A DNA stretch of 60,938 nucleotides, counting the filler. It is 6 parts of 6 records of this genome, joined end to end, with 100 filler letters (N's around TTAATTAATTAA, not from the genome) between each part and the next. Parts side by side here need not be neighbours in the genome. Positions count along the whole stretch, not along the records: positions 1 to 15,547 come from SRR22947725_3877; positions 15,648 to 28,233 come from SRR22947725_3882; 4 more parts are not named here. One strand, 5' to 3'. How positions within the stretch are numbered: position 1 is the stretch's first letter; the number at the start of each line of letters is the position of its first letter. Positions 10,084-22,531 of this stretch are shown here, in pieces. The notes under the pieces are model-generated. The model was not told the origin of the DNA, ran no database searches, and was given only the letters and a program-made list of their open reading frames with translations. The translations under genes were made by a program, and so were the position numbers.

Positions 10084-11340
10084 TTAAGCGCGCACCGCGC
10101 CGTCCCCACGCACCAAATATTTGAAACTTGTGAGCTGGGCGGCGCCGACGGGGCCGCGTGCATGCATTTTTCCGGTCGCAATGCCAATTTCAGCGCCCAT
10201 GCCAAACTCTCCCCCATCGGCAAATTGCGTTGAGGCATTATGCATCAAAATTGCGCTGTCCAACCGTTCAAAGAAACGGTCCACGGCGCGGCCATCTTCG
10301 GCCATGATACAATCTGTGTGATTGGAGCCATATTGGCGGATATGAGCAATCGCCTCATCGACATTGGCCACGGTTTTCGCCGCAATTTCCATGTCCAAGA
10401 ATTCTTTGCCCCAGTGGTCGGCCGCAGCCGGTTGGGTACCGGCAATCGCTTGTAGGGTTGTGTCCGCGTCAACCACAACTCCTTTGTCCATCAAAGCCTG
10501 GATCACCTCCGGGCCCCAGCTGGCGGCGATATCGTCATGCATCAGCAAACATTCAGCCGCGCCGCAAATTCCCGTGCGGCGGGTCTTGGCATTGAGCACC
10601 ACATCCAGGGTTTTTTGCCGATCCGCTGACGCATCTATATAGATATGCACAATACCTTCCAAATGCGAAAAGACCGGCACCCGGGCCTCACGCTGCACCA
10701 ATCCCACAAGCCCCTTGCCCCCGCGCGGCACAATCACATCTATCGTATCGACCATAGTGAGCATTTCGCTCACCGCAGCCCGATCACGGGTCGGCACCAA
10801 TTGAATGGTCGCCTCGGGCAAACCTGCGGCAACCACCCCTTTGACCAGGGCCTTATGGATGGCCGTGGAGGAATGAAAACCCTCCGATCCCCCGCGCAGA
10901 ATAACAGCATTGCCAGCCTTAAGGCAGAGGGCGCCGGCATCCGCAGTGACATTGGGGCGGCTTTCATAGATCACACCGATGACCCCCAAGGGCGTGCGCA
11001 CGCGTTTAATATGCAGCCCATTGGGGCGCTCCCACTCTTCAAGCACCTGCCCCACAGGATCTTCCTGCTCAGCCACCGCCCGCAGCCCATCGACCATGTT
11101 GCGAATGCGGTCTTCATCGAGCATCAAGCGGTCCAGCATGGCCGCCGAAAGACCTTTTTCGCGGCCGTAATCCATATCAAGCGCGTTGGCCTCTATGATA
11201 TCGCCCCTTGAGGCCCAAACATATTCAGCCGCCCCAATCAGGGCCGCATGTTTGCGCTCAGCGGTGGCAAATCCAAGTTCTGCCGCGGCGGCTTTTGCGG
11301 CGTTCCCAATCTGTTTAAGAGTTGCCTTCACATCCATCAT
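10084..11340 (-). CDS. proA: Glutamate-5-semialdehyde dehydrogenase
   Basis: [21 protein letters not shown] and [22 protein letters not shown] motifs. Confidence 0.98.
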   Translation of the reverse strand: MMDVKATLKQIGNAAKAAAAELGFATAERKHAALIGAAEYVWASRGDIIEANALDMDYGREKGLSAAMLDRLMLDEDRIRNMVDGLRAVAEQEDPVGQVLEEWERPNGLHIKRVRTPLGVIGVIYESRPNVTADAGALCLKAGNAVILRGGSEGFHSSTAIHKALVKGVVAAGLPEATIQLVPTRDRAAVSEMLTMVDTIDVIVPRGGKGLVGLVQREARVPVFSHLEGIVHIYIDASADRQKTLDVVLNAKTRRTGICGAAECLLMHDDIAASWGPEVIQALMDKGVVVDADTTLQAIAGTQPAAADHWGKEFLDMEIAAKTVANVDEAIAHIRQYGSNHTDCIMAEDGRAVDRFFERLDSAILMHNASTQFADGGEFGMGAEIGIATGKMHARGPVGAAQLTSFKYLVRGDGAVRA

Positions 11341-11355
11341 CGTCTCCCAACAGTC

Positions 11356-14023
<2,668 letters not shown>

Positions 14024-14026
14024 ATC

Positions 14027-14563
14027 TCACTCCATCGACCTAAGATATGTCCAGGTGGCAACGGTGGTTTTACGGGCCACACAAAAGGATTCCGCATCGC
14101 CAAGATAGGAAAATCCCATATCCGTCAGCACCCGCGCGGAGCGCGCATTGTCTTGAAAAACTTCTGCAAATAGGGTTTTGTTCCCCTGCGGATTGGCTTG
14201 GATTAGTGTCTCCACCGCTTCACGCGCCAGTCCAATGCTCCAAAAAGCTGGGGCCAACCAATAGCCCAGCTCGCCCTGCCGGCGATCAAGCCGTTTGAGC
14301 CCAATAACCCCCACAACCTCCGCCAAATCAGATTTACTGCCATCAAGAACCCAAACATCCTCGACACGCGCGGGATTCTGCGCTTGCTCTATAAAGGCAT
14401 CAATGGCGCCAGGCGGTAGGGGATGAGGAATGGAGCGCGTGGGGCCCGACACGCGAATATCGCCCGCGTATAGTCCAATTAGCCCCGCATCAGATTTGCG
14501 GATTGGGCGCAGGGAGAGGCGCGCGCTTTCAAAGCTATGCTGAGTCCGGATCGGCGATATCAT
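14027..14563 (-). CDS. GNAT acetyltransferase (RimJ/RimL-like)
   Basis: RLSLRP, ELGYWLAP and NARSARVL..MGF motifs; start moved to ATG 14563 (ATGA overlap with the lysE stop). Confidence 0.85.
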   Translation of the reverse strand: MISPIRTQHSFESARLSLRPIRKSDAGLIGLYAGDIRVSGPTRSIPHPLPPGAIDAFIEQAQNPARVEDVWVLDGSKSDLAEVVGVIGLKRLDRRQGELGYWLAPAFWSIGLAREAVETLIQANPQGNKTLFAEVFQDNARSARVLTDMGFSYLGDAESFCVARKTTVATWTYLRSME

Positions 14564-15168
14564 GACGCAATTCCGCCACCAAACAGGGCATAAAATACCG
14601 TGGCTACGGTCAAAAATGACAGCAGAAGAAACACAAACCGCTCTGCGCGGGTGCCTTGTATCGTGGCGGCAATCAGCTGCCCTGCCCCGGCCCAAATGGG
14701 ATGGAGAAGCGTCTGGCACGCCAGCAACACCGCCGCGATGCTCACTGTCGCGGTAAATGCCGTGGCGCCAGGGGTTACAAAACTGGTAAAGGCCGCCGTA
14801 ATCATGCCCCAGGCTTTCGGATTAAGAGGATGCACGATCAAACCGGCCAAAAACCCTGGCGGTGGCCCATCCGTCTGATCAGCTTTGAGCCGCATATTGG
14901 CCACGCGCCAGGCCAAATAAACAATATAGGCCGCCGAGAGATATTTCATCGCCAAAAATACCCCAGGTGCCGATTGCGCCAGTTGCATTAAGCCAAAGCC
15001 CAAAGGCCAGATGATCAGCTGTTTTCCCACAACGACACCCGCCACAAAAGGCAAAGCCCGCCGCAACCCATATCCAGCCCCAGTCGCCAAAAGCGCCATA
15101 TTCGCGGGTCCCGGCGTGCCAATTTGCGACAGGGCAAACAGGGTTAATGCAATGAGTTCAACAGGCAT
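14560..15168 (-). CDS. LysE/RhtB family exporter
   Basis: TPGPAN and LNPKAW motifs, hydrophobic; start moved to ATG 15168. Confidence 0.88.
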   Translation of the reverse strand: MPVELIALTLFALSQIGTPGPANMALLATGAGYGLRRALPFVAGVVVGKQLIIWPLGFGLMQLAQSAPGVFLAMKYLSAAYIVYLAWRVANMRLKADQTDGPPPGFLAGLIVHPLNPKAWGMITAAFTSFVTPGATAFTATVSIAAVLLACQTLLHPIWAGAGQLIAATIQGTRAERFVFLLLSFLTVATVFYALFGGGIAS

Positions 15169-15225
15169 TGTCAGGCTCCAAACTTGGCCATGCAGCACAA
15201 CGCGCAAAGCACTTTAGGGAAAACG

Positions 15226-15256
15226 AAAAAGGGACCGGCCTTTCAGCCGATCCCTT
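15226..15256 (-). terminator. Intrinsic terminator after rpmA
   Basis: AAGGGA-CCGGC/GCCGA-TCCCTT stem, with an A-run on + that reads as a U-tract on -. Confidence 0.7.
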
Positions 15257-15282
15257 GAATAGATAAACCTGAAAGGTTCGGC

Positions 15283-15547
15283 TTATTCAGCGGCCTCCGC
15301 GGTTGGCACAACTGAGATAAATTGACGGCTTTTGAGACCTTTGTGGAATTTCACATTGCCCTCAACAGTTGCAAAGATGGTGTGATCTTTGCCCATGCCA
15401 ACACCTTCACCCGGCCAGAACTTCGTGCCGCGCTGGCGCACAATGATGTTGCCTGGAATTGCGTCCTGGCCACCATAGAGTTTTACACCCAAGCGACGTC
15501 CCGCTGAATCGCGACCGTTACGGGATGAACCACCTGCTTTTTTATGT
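15283..15547 (-). CDS. rpmA: 50S ribosomal protein L27 (5' end cut by the linker)
   Basis: Frame extends to [22 protein letters not shown]...[10 protein letters not shown]. Confidence 0.97.
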
Positions 15548-15647
15548 NNNNNNNNNNNNNNNNNNNNNNNNNNNNNNNNNNNNNNNNNNNNTTAATTAAT
15601 TAANNNNNNNNNNNNNNNNNNNNNNNNNNNNNNNNNNNNNNNNNNNN
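15548..15647. other. Artificial contig linker
   Basis: N44-TTAATTAATTAA-N44, with truncated genes on both sides. Confidence 0.98.
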
Positions 15648-16181
15648 CATCGTGGTATGCATGATTTTTAGCTGGTCAGGGGCGATATCATTACCATTTT
15701 TATCCTGTTCAGGAACCGCCTCAACCGTCATCGCATCGGCCACAACATCCTGAATGACATAACCAACCGGCCCTAAAATAACGCTGGTCACAAACCATGT
15801 TTCAACAGGCATGATGCTAGCCATAAATCCGGTATGGCTAATCAGCCCATACATTATCAAAAGGCTGGCCGCAATTACCGTTGCCCCAAGCCCAACAAGG
15901 TAGGCTTTATGTTTCCAGATCAAATCAACCAGATGCCCAAGCGGCATTTTTAACGCCCATGGCAAACCCGCCCAGAAGCCAAGGCTGGCCAGAAATGCGG
16001 CAGATAAATTCAAATAATCCTTGATAAAAAAAGTTCCAACAATCGCAGTCAAGCCAGAAACCCCAGCGGCGAGATAAACCATAAGGGGTGGAAGATAGCT
16101 CCAGCGTAACTGATGTGGCAGTTCGCAAAGGCCCTTAATAACCGAATGAAGAGCGCTGTTCATAAAGCCAGTATTCTGCAT
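15648..16181 (-). CDS. BT1 (folate/biopterin)-like MFS membrane protein, 3'-truncated
   Basis: LPWALKMPLGHLVD and QDVVADAMTVE motifs; hydrophobic. Confidence 0.6.
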
Positions 16182-16418
16182 TCCACAAATTTTTCAAGTA
16201 ACAATGGAATTCTGTCAATGTACAAGCCGGCACTCATTTACAAAAACACGGTCAAAGAGATGTTTGGCCCAGCAGACGCGATAGTCATGACGTTAACCAA
16301 TGAAGACAGCGTTTCAACCCTAAAACGTTGCGATTAATTTATGATCTAAATCCCCAAATCGAGAAACTTCCTAATGTTGAAAAGATTAATCGATGATTAT
16401 AAATTCTGAATATGACAC

Positions 16419-17735
16419 CTAACAGCCTTTGATTAGATATTTTTCAGCAAATAGTAAAAGCGACATGTCTGCCCCACGTCGTGCCACAACCTGTACGCCA
16501 ACCGGCATCCCGCCTGCATCCAGGCCATAGGGCAGCGACAGGCTTGGAAGGCCTAGCAAGGTGAAGGCCCTGCTCATCAGCGGGCTGCCAGTGCCATCCG
16601 CTAAAGCCGGCGCAGTGTCGATTGTGGAGGGGGAGATCAGTATGTCTGAAGCGCCAAACAATTTGTTTTCATAATCATCTATTTGTTGTTGCGTCTCTTC
16701 AAACCTAGCTTTGGTCTCAACGGTCAATTCTTGCCCCTCAGTAATCAGTGCTTTAATATGGTCGCTCAATTTATCCCGGGCTGACTGCCATTCATCACTG
16801 AAACAGTGCGCAGCCTCAGCCGCCATCAGGAAAATCTGATCGCTCGTTAGCTTGTCAAAGTCCACGAACTCGATCACCTCGCCAGATTTGCATCCATTCG
16901 CATTTGCCAATGAATGGCATTTGGCAACCGCCGCCATACACGCATCGGCAACTTGGGGCTCCCAACTGCCAGTAATGGTGGACAATACCAGCTCCGGGAG
17001 GAGTTTTATTTTAGATTTGAAGGAGGGCTGTTTTGTCCCCGTTCCCGCTAGAAGCGCATTCATAACAACGATCAAATCATCAATCGTCCGCGTAAACAAA
17101 CCAACCGTATCAAGTGACGGCGCAAGATTTTTCACCCCATCGACCGGCAATAGGCCCAAACTCGGTTTAAAGCCAATAATGCCACAATAGGAAGCTGGCC
17201 TGATTGTTGAGGCAGCCGTCTGGCTTCCCAGCGCAAACGGCACCATTCCAGTCGCGACCGCCGCAGCCGACCCAGAGGAGGATCCGCCCGGGGTGCGTCC
17301 ATGATCATGCGGGTTTACGGTTGGGCCCGCTTGCCAATAGGCAAATTCGGTGGTGACTGTCTTGCCAATGACAATTGCGCCCAACGAGCGCAATATTGCA
17401 ACAAGTTTTGCATCGCTATCTGGTCGGTGATGCTGATAGATCACCGAGCCATAAGTGGTCACAAAATTGGCCGTATCGTATACATCTTTAACGGCTATTG
17501 GCACGGCTGCTAGAGGCAATATTTGCCAATTTGGTCTGGACATTAACTCTTGATATTGTTCCTCAACCTGGTCCCAATCCAGAGCCTTCCAGGCCTTTAT
17601 GTCACCATCACATTTGGTAATGAGGCTTCGTGTAGCATCAATAATTTCATCTGCACCCAAAGTACCACGACGTACTTTCTCAATGATAGCTGTGATTGAT
17701 TCGAGGTTTTTAGGTGCTTGATTAACAGGGCTCAC
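16419..17735 (-). CDS. Amidase signature family enzyme
   Basis: AVKD, TPGGSSSGSAAAVA and GSQTAASTIRPA give the Ser-cisSer-Lys triad. Confidence 0.92.
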   Translation of the reverse strand: MSPVNQAPKNLESITAIIEKVRRGTLGADEIIDATRSLITKCDGDIKAWKALDWDQVEEQYQELMSRPNWQILPLAAVPIAVKDVYDTANFVTTYGSVIYQHHRPDSDAKLVAILRSLGAIVIGKTVTTEFAYWQAGPTVNPHDHGRTPGGSSSGSAAAVATGMVPFALGSQTAASTIRPASYCGIIGFKPSLGLLPVDGVKNLAPSLDTVGLFTRTIDDLIVVMNALLAGTGTKQPSFKSKIKLLPELVLSTITGSWEPQVADACMAAVAKCHSLANANGCKSGEVIEFVDFDKLTSDQIFLMAAEAAHCFSDEWQSARDKLSDHIKALITEGQELTVETKARFEETQQQIDDYENKLFGASDILISPSTIDTAPALADGTGSPLMSRAFTLLGLPSLSLPYGLDAGGMPVGVQVVARRGADMSLLLFAEKYLIKGC

Positions 17736-17834
17736 GATAAAAACTCTCCATTAAGAAGCACTCTTCCCCTACCCAATCACGAGGCACGATGGCACAGATA
17801 CAACTAACAATTTTGCATTCTACCTAATATCAAT

Positions 17835-19727
17835 TCACAGTCTTTTTTTATTCGATGCATAAACGTAGACCGAAATTGCGAGGAACATTGTCACGGCAAC
17901 ATACCAGAAGTTCGTATCATATGTGAAACCAAGGAACCCAGCCAAGGCAATAAAAGCATAACCACCGCGCTCCGCACCGTTGAGCGAGCGGAAGAGGAAC
18001 CCGTAAGACGCGACCGACACTGCTACTTGCACAAATATCACCTCAATAATCGCTATTATAGTGCCCATCGTCATATTCGGGAATGACATCAACTCGGGTG
18101 AGAAGACAAAGGCAAACGGAATGATGAAGGTCGTCATCGCAATCTTCATCGAATCCCGTGCCGTACTCAAGAACGTTGCATCCCCTAATTTCGCCGCGGC
18201 AAGAACGCTGACAGCCACTGGCGGCGTTAGCGTGGAAAAGACCGCAAAGTAGAACACAAAGAAATGTGCTTGAAGGGCAGGAATGCCGATCTGTTGCATG
18301 AACGGAACTAGTGCCAGCGCAACGATGATATAGGCAACCGGCGTCGGCAAGCCCATGCCGAGGATCAATGAGACAACCATCGCGCCCAGCAGCAAAATAA
18401 GCTGTGTGTCCGGCAAATACTGGATCAATGCCGAACCCAAACGCCCGGACAAGTTGGTGGTCAACATGACCTGACCAAGCGGACCAACGGCAATCAACAA
18501 CAATGACAGGATGGCGACCAAGTAGAACCCCTCTTGAACGGCATCATAAAGCTGTTTGCCAGTAGGACGGAATTTTCCCTGTAACATCGCAAAGGCCAAC
18601 GCTAGTCCAATGCCCCACAAGCCGGCGATCGCTGGTGAGCGATATCCCAGCAACAAATACAGAACCACACCAAATGAGATGATGAATGTTGGTAGCAACC
18701 GCTTGATACGCGCTGTATCAACATGTTCAACCAATTTTGGGAGCTCATAGCGACGAGCATAGATCGTGACGGCAATACACACACCAACCAGATACAATAA
18801 TCCAGGGATCAGCGCAGATAGCGCGACATCAATATAGGCTCTGTTCAGGAAGGATGCGATGATAAATGCGGCTAGACCCATGATTGGCGGCATAATTTGA
18901 CCGGCTGTCGAGGCAGTAGCCTCAATTGCGCCTGCCATCGAGCCTTGATACCCGTATTTGCGCATCATCGGAACGGTAAGGCGACCGGTTAGAACCACGT
19001 TGGAGACGGCTTGGCCCATGATTGACGCGACAATTCCAGAACCAATTATTGCCGGGCCCGCAGCGCCGCCTGGGACTTTTCGTCCAGCAATTTTACCAAC
19101 ATCAAGGACCATGTCCAGCATCCCCACGCCAAGTAGAATAGCGGCATAGATAATTAGGAAATAAACTGAGTCCGCAGCGACCTGAGCAAGATAATAAAAG
19201 CCCTGATTCGTACCGAGACCAATGTAATTCATTACAAATTCTGGGTCATATTCTGGCGTCATGAATAACGGGTTTTCGATTAGATATCCTAAAAAGAAAT
19301 AAATGATAGAAATAGTGATGATGCTAGTCAGCAAGAGCCCCCAATGGATCAGAGTTAGCATCAAAATAGACACAGTCATGATCCAGCCAAAGATCATCTG
19401 TGTTTCGTTAAAGAATGGCTGAACTTGTTCAAGGGAAATCGCGTTATATCGCACATACCCCATGCCAATGGCCGAGAGCACGAAGGCTGACGCTGCGAAC
19501 ACAAAACGACCAGCGAAAAAGGGCTTTACCTGTTCGTTGATTTTTTCATCTATCAGACCCCGCATGGCAAGCAGGCCCGTCATAACACAGGTACCAAGGA
19601 TGAAGTTGGAATAATGTTCTGCCGAATTCTTGACAAAGCCGAAAGCAGAAGCCCCGATGTAGAATGTCAAAACAATCCCAGTAAGCAAGAAGGGGATATC
19701 GACAAATTTACGTGCGCTGGACCACAA
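17835..19727 (-). CDS. TRAP transporter fused (4TM/12TM, TAXI-type) permease
   Basis: AIEATASTAGQIMPPIMG, LGMGLPT and TLTPPVA motifs; TTG start with GGAG upstream. Confidence 0.92.
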   Translation of the reverse strand: MWSSARKFVDIPFLLTGIVLTFYIGASAFGFVKNSAEHYSNFILGTCVMTGLLAMRGLIDEKINEQVKPFFAGRFVFAASAFVLSAIGMGYVRYNAISLEQVQPFFNETQMIFGWIMTVSILMLTLIHWGLLLTSIITISIIYFFLGYLIENPLFMTPEYDPEFVMNYIGLGTNQGFYYLAQVAADSVYFLIIYAAILLGVGMLDMVLDVGKIAGRKVPGGAAGPAIIGSGIVASIMGQAVSNVVLTGRLTVPMMRKYGYQGSMAGAIEATASTAGQIMPPIMGLAAFIIASFLNRAYIDVALSALIPGLLYLVGVCIAVTIYARRYELPKLVEHVDTARIKRLLPTFIISFGVVLYLLLGYRSPAIAGLWGIGLALAFAMLQGKFRPTGKQLYDAVQEGFYLVAILSLLLIAVGPLGQVMLTTNLSGRLGSALIQYLPDTQLILLLGAMVVSLILGMGLPTPVAYIIVALALVPFMQQIGIPALQAHFFVFYFAVFSTLTPPVAVSVLAAAKLGDATFLSTARDSMKIAMTTFIIPFAFVFSPELMSFPNMTMGTIIAIIEVIFVQVAVSVASYGFLFRSLNGAERGGYAFIALAGFLGFTYDTNFWYVAVTMFLAISVYVYASNKKRL

Positions 19728-19767
19728 AGCATTAACTCCAAAAAAATAAATTTGATTGAGCGTATCA

Positions 19768-19792
19768 AGGCGGCGGCATACAGCCGCCGCCT
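19768..19792 (-). terminator. GC-rich stem-loop between the solute receptor and permease genes
   Basis: AGGCGGCGGC-ATACA-GCCGCCGCCT, a perfect 10-bp stem. Confidence 0.6.
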
Positions 19793-19806
19793 CTTATAAG
19801 AAAGGT

Positions 19807-20895
19807 CTAATTGGTGGCTGGATAGGTCATTGGTGTGCATAGCGGGTTATCACTTTGCTTCCACCAACCAAGTTCCTTGTAGGCACGAACAGCACCCGGA
19901 TGTGCGTTATCCTCTGAAAGACCACAAGTCATTAATTCCGGTGACCAGACACGCCAAAGTGCGTGGAGCTCACGCATTTCAGGTGCGATCTTTGCAACAG
20001 CCATCACTGTTTTATAAGCTTTTTCTTCATCAAAGCTCGAATGAACAGCAGCGTAAGCACGGTTCACACCAATGCCAAGTGGCTCATCCTGATAAGGAAG
20101 AGTGTTAGCCGGCAGGACTGTGTGCAACCAGGTTGCCTGAAACTTTGCATTCAGCTTGTCGATATCTTCTTTGGTCACACCGATATAGCAAAGCTTCTTG
20201 CCTGTAGCTTCGTGCTGGCGAACAACACCAGGGATCATGAACTCTTTAAAGTTTGGCTCCGCACCCAACGGGATGATCGCAGCATCTGTCGCACCGTCAA
20301 TCAACTGTTGTGTCAGCTGCGCTGGTGACATGTGGCGGATGTCTGTGTTTTCCGGCGTAATTCCGAACACTTCTTCAAGAAGCAACCTCGGAAATACGCC
20401 CCAGTCAGACTGTCCACGAAGGCCAAGCGAAATCCGCTTTCCTTTGAGATCTGACATTGTCTTCAGGCTACAATCGTAGGTTCCAAGAAACTTGCCCTGT
20501 GCCCACCACGTCTCACCATAGAGCAGTTTCCAAGGAACCTGAACTGGCTCTGGAACAAACTCTTTCATTTCCTTTGATCCACCTGCATAGGCAACCTGAA
20601 TCAGAGTATCTTCAGTCTTGAAGACAGATGACTTTTGTTTACGCTCATTCTTTCCCATTTCACGAATGTTGTACATATAGCCAGGCGTTTCCTGAGGAAG
20701 CAGGACAACGTCTGAACCATTTTTGATTAACTGATTCATCAAGATGGTATCGCCAGCCATGGGGCCGCAGCCAAATGGACAAAGCAAAATCGGAATTGTT
20801 TCTCCTGAATTAGCTGACATCGGAGCAGAAAATGACACCACCCCGAAGGCTAGAGCACCAAGTGCCTGACCAATGAACCTCTTTTTCGAAAACAT
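19807..20895 (-). CDS. TAXI family TRAP solute-binding protein
   Basis: Signal peptide, DLKGKRISLG and HPGAVRAYKELG motifs; ATG 20895 with GGGAGGT RBS; adjacent to the fused permease. Confidence 0.85.
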   Translation of the reverse strand: MFSKKRFIGQALGALAFGVVSFSAPMSANSGETIPILLCPFGCGPMAGDTILMNQLIKNGSDVVLLPQETPGYMYNIREMGKNERKQKSSVFKTEDTLIQVAYAGGSKEMKEFVPEPVQVPWKLLYGETWWAQGKFLGTYDCSLKTMSDLKGKRISLGLRGQSDWGVFPRLLLEEVFGITPENTDIRHMSPAQLTQQLIDGATDAAIIPLGAEPNFKEFMIPGVVRQHEATGKKLCYIGVTKEDIDKLNAKFQATWLHTVLPANTLPYQDEPLGIGVNRAYAAVHSSFDEEKAYKTVMAVAKIAPEMRELHALWRVWSPELMTCGLSEDNAHPGAVRAYKELGWWKQSDNPLCTPMTYPATN

Positions 20896-21024
20896 AAGAT
20901 ACCTCCCATTTGTAAATAATTCTACATACGCGGCTTTGATATTAATTTTATGCCCCAAATGAGAGCAAAGCCCCTCTCACCATGAATTTTCTAAACGACT
21001 TAATTACCAATGAACCTCTTTTTC
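20869..21024. repeat. Exact 19-bp direct repeat ACCAATGAACCTCTTTTTC
   Basis: Copies at 20869-20887 (inside the TAXI signal peptide) and 21006-21024 (after the BCCP stop). Confidence 0.9.
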
Positions 21025-21027
21025 ATT

Positions 21028-21492
21028 CTACCCAATCGAAAACAATGGCTGATCAAATTCTACTAGGGCGCCATCCTCTGCAAAGATTGCTTCTACTTTG
21101 CCGTCCACTGTAGCCTCAACGGATGTGAACAATTTCATCACCTCGATCAGGCAGAGCGTGTCACCTTTTTTCACCGTTTGTCCAACAACCACAAATGCCA
21201 CATCTTCTGGTGATGGTTTGCTATAATATGTGCCGACCATTGGTGATTTGACCACCTCACCACCTAACGCGCCCTGGTTGGTGTTTGCGGCGGGTGCGGG
21301 CGACCCTGATACAACCTCTGGAGTGACCAGCTTTGCGGCGATTGGAGTGGCTGTTTGCTCGGTGAGAGTTGCACCCTGTTCACCTTTTCGAACAACTAGC
21401 TTTATACCATCAAGCTCCAAGACGACTTCTGCACATGATGAGGAGTCAATCATTTTGAGTATTTCGCCAACATCAGCGTAATTCAGCGTCAT
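21028..21492 (-). CDS. accB: Biotin carboxyl carrier protein
   Basis: SPMVGTYY and biotinylation motif IEVMKL; Ala/Pro linker. Cluster-specific paralogue. Confidence 0.92.
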   Translation of the reverse strand: MTLNYADVGEILKMIDSSSCAEVVLELDGIKLVVRKGEQGATLTEQTATPIAAKLVTPEVVSGSPAPAANTNQGALGGEVVKSPMVGTYYSKPSPEDVAFVVVGQTVKKGDTLCLIEVMKLFTSVEATVDGKVEAIFAEDGALVEFDQPLFSIG

Positions 21493-21536
21493 CTTTATCC
21501 TCTCTAAATTTCTCTTCTATTCATCCGCAACGTTAC

Positions 21537-22358
21537 TCAATCACGTTTTTGTGATTCTAACTCAAAGACATAGGCATCCGCAGCCTGGCGCAGTTCGGGC
21601 AGCAATTTTTCTAACTCATTGCGAGATAACCGAGCCTCGGGTGCTGACAGCGCCATGCCGGCGAAAACGCTTCCATTTGACGTGCGTAGCGGCACTGCGA
21701 TACAGCACACCCCATTCATGAATTCCTGATCATCAACGCTAAAATCCTGAGATTTGATCTTCTCAAGTTCGCCCAACAGTTCCTGACTGTTGGATATGGT
21801 ACTTGGAGTATAGCGTTGCAGTTCCACCCGACTTAGTAACACTTCAACTTCGCTTCTACTTTTTAGTGCCAGCATCAATTTGCCAATCGAAGTGCAATGC
21901 ACAGGCACCTTACTGCCCGCCTCAAAATGCAACCCCAAAGGCCATGATGCCTCCACGCGATCGTGATAAACTATATGATCACCGATCAGCGCCCCAACAT
22001 TTACCGTTTCATTTACGCGTTTGACCAAACGTTCAAGATGAATAGTTTGGGGTCTGGAACCTATGCGATTAGATAAAATTTGATGCGCCAGAAGGAAAAG
22101 GTTTCTACCAGCAATGTAACCAGTCAATGTAGGGTGGCGTTGAACGTATCCGCACTCGACAAGAAAATTTATCAGTCTATGGGCGCTGGGTTTTGGTATG
22201 CCTGAAACCTCAACAATCTCTGACATCTGCACGGGATAGTCACGACTAACCAAGAGCTCAACTATCGCAAAGGCTTTTCCAGCCACGCCGAGACCCACCA
22301 TGTCATCGACACGTGCTGATAATACGCTCTGCGACAACCTCACCGAAGACAAAGTCAT
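21537..22358 (-). CDS. IclR family transcriptional regulator
   Basis: N-terminal HTH GIPKPSAHRL; HCTSIGKLML and GVCCIAVP motifs. Confidence 0.92.
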   Translation of the reverse strand: MTLSSVRLSQSVLSARVDDMVGLGVAGKAFAIVELLVSRDYPVQMSEIVEVSGIPKPSAHRLINFLVECGYVQRHPTLTGYIAGRNLFLLAHQILSNRIGSRPQTIHLERLVKRVNETVNVGALIGDHIVYHDRVEASWPLGLHFEAGSKVPVHCTSIGKLMLALKSRSEVEVLLSRVELQRYTPSTISNSQELLGELEKIKSQDFSVDDQEFMNGVCCIAVPLRTSNGSVFAGMALSAPEARLSRNELEKLLPELRQAADAYVFELESQKRD

Positions 22359-22440
22359 TCAATAGCCCTCAAAAATGGGCGAGGCGTGGGATCTTTTGAG
22401 CCTCTGAAAACACCAATCACTACCCTCCGTAACAAGATTG

Positions 22441-22489
22441 TTGACATACCTCAGATGGAAACGCAAGATGTTGTTTCATATCATGAGAT
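22441..22489 (+). promoter_or_regulatory. Sigma70-like promoter with a downstream palindromic operator (putative IclR site)
   Basis: TTGACA-17nt-CAAGAT, then TTTCAT-ATC-ATGAGA at 22474-22488. Confidence 0.5.
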
Positions 22490-22531
22490 AAAAAGTTTCA
22501 ATCTTAATTGCTTTGGAAAAAATGCCCTTTC

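Noticed and set aside
16419-17735. gatA or allophanate hydrolase
   Set aside because: No gatB/gatC nearby and too short for the allophanate hydrolase C-terminal domain; called only as a generic amidase.
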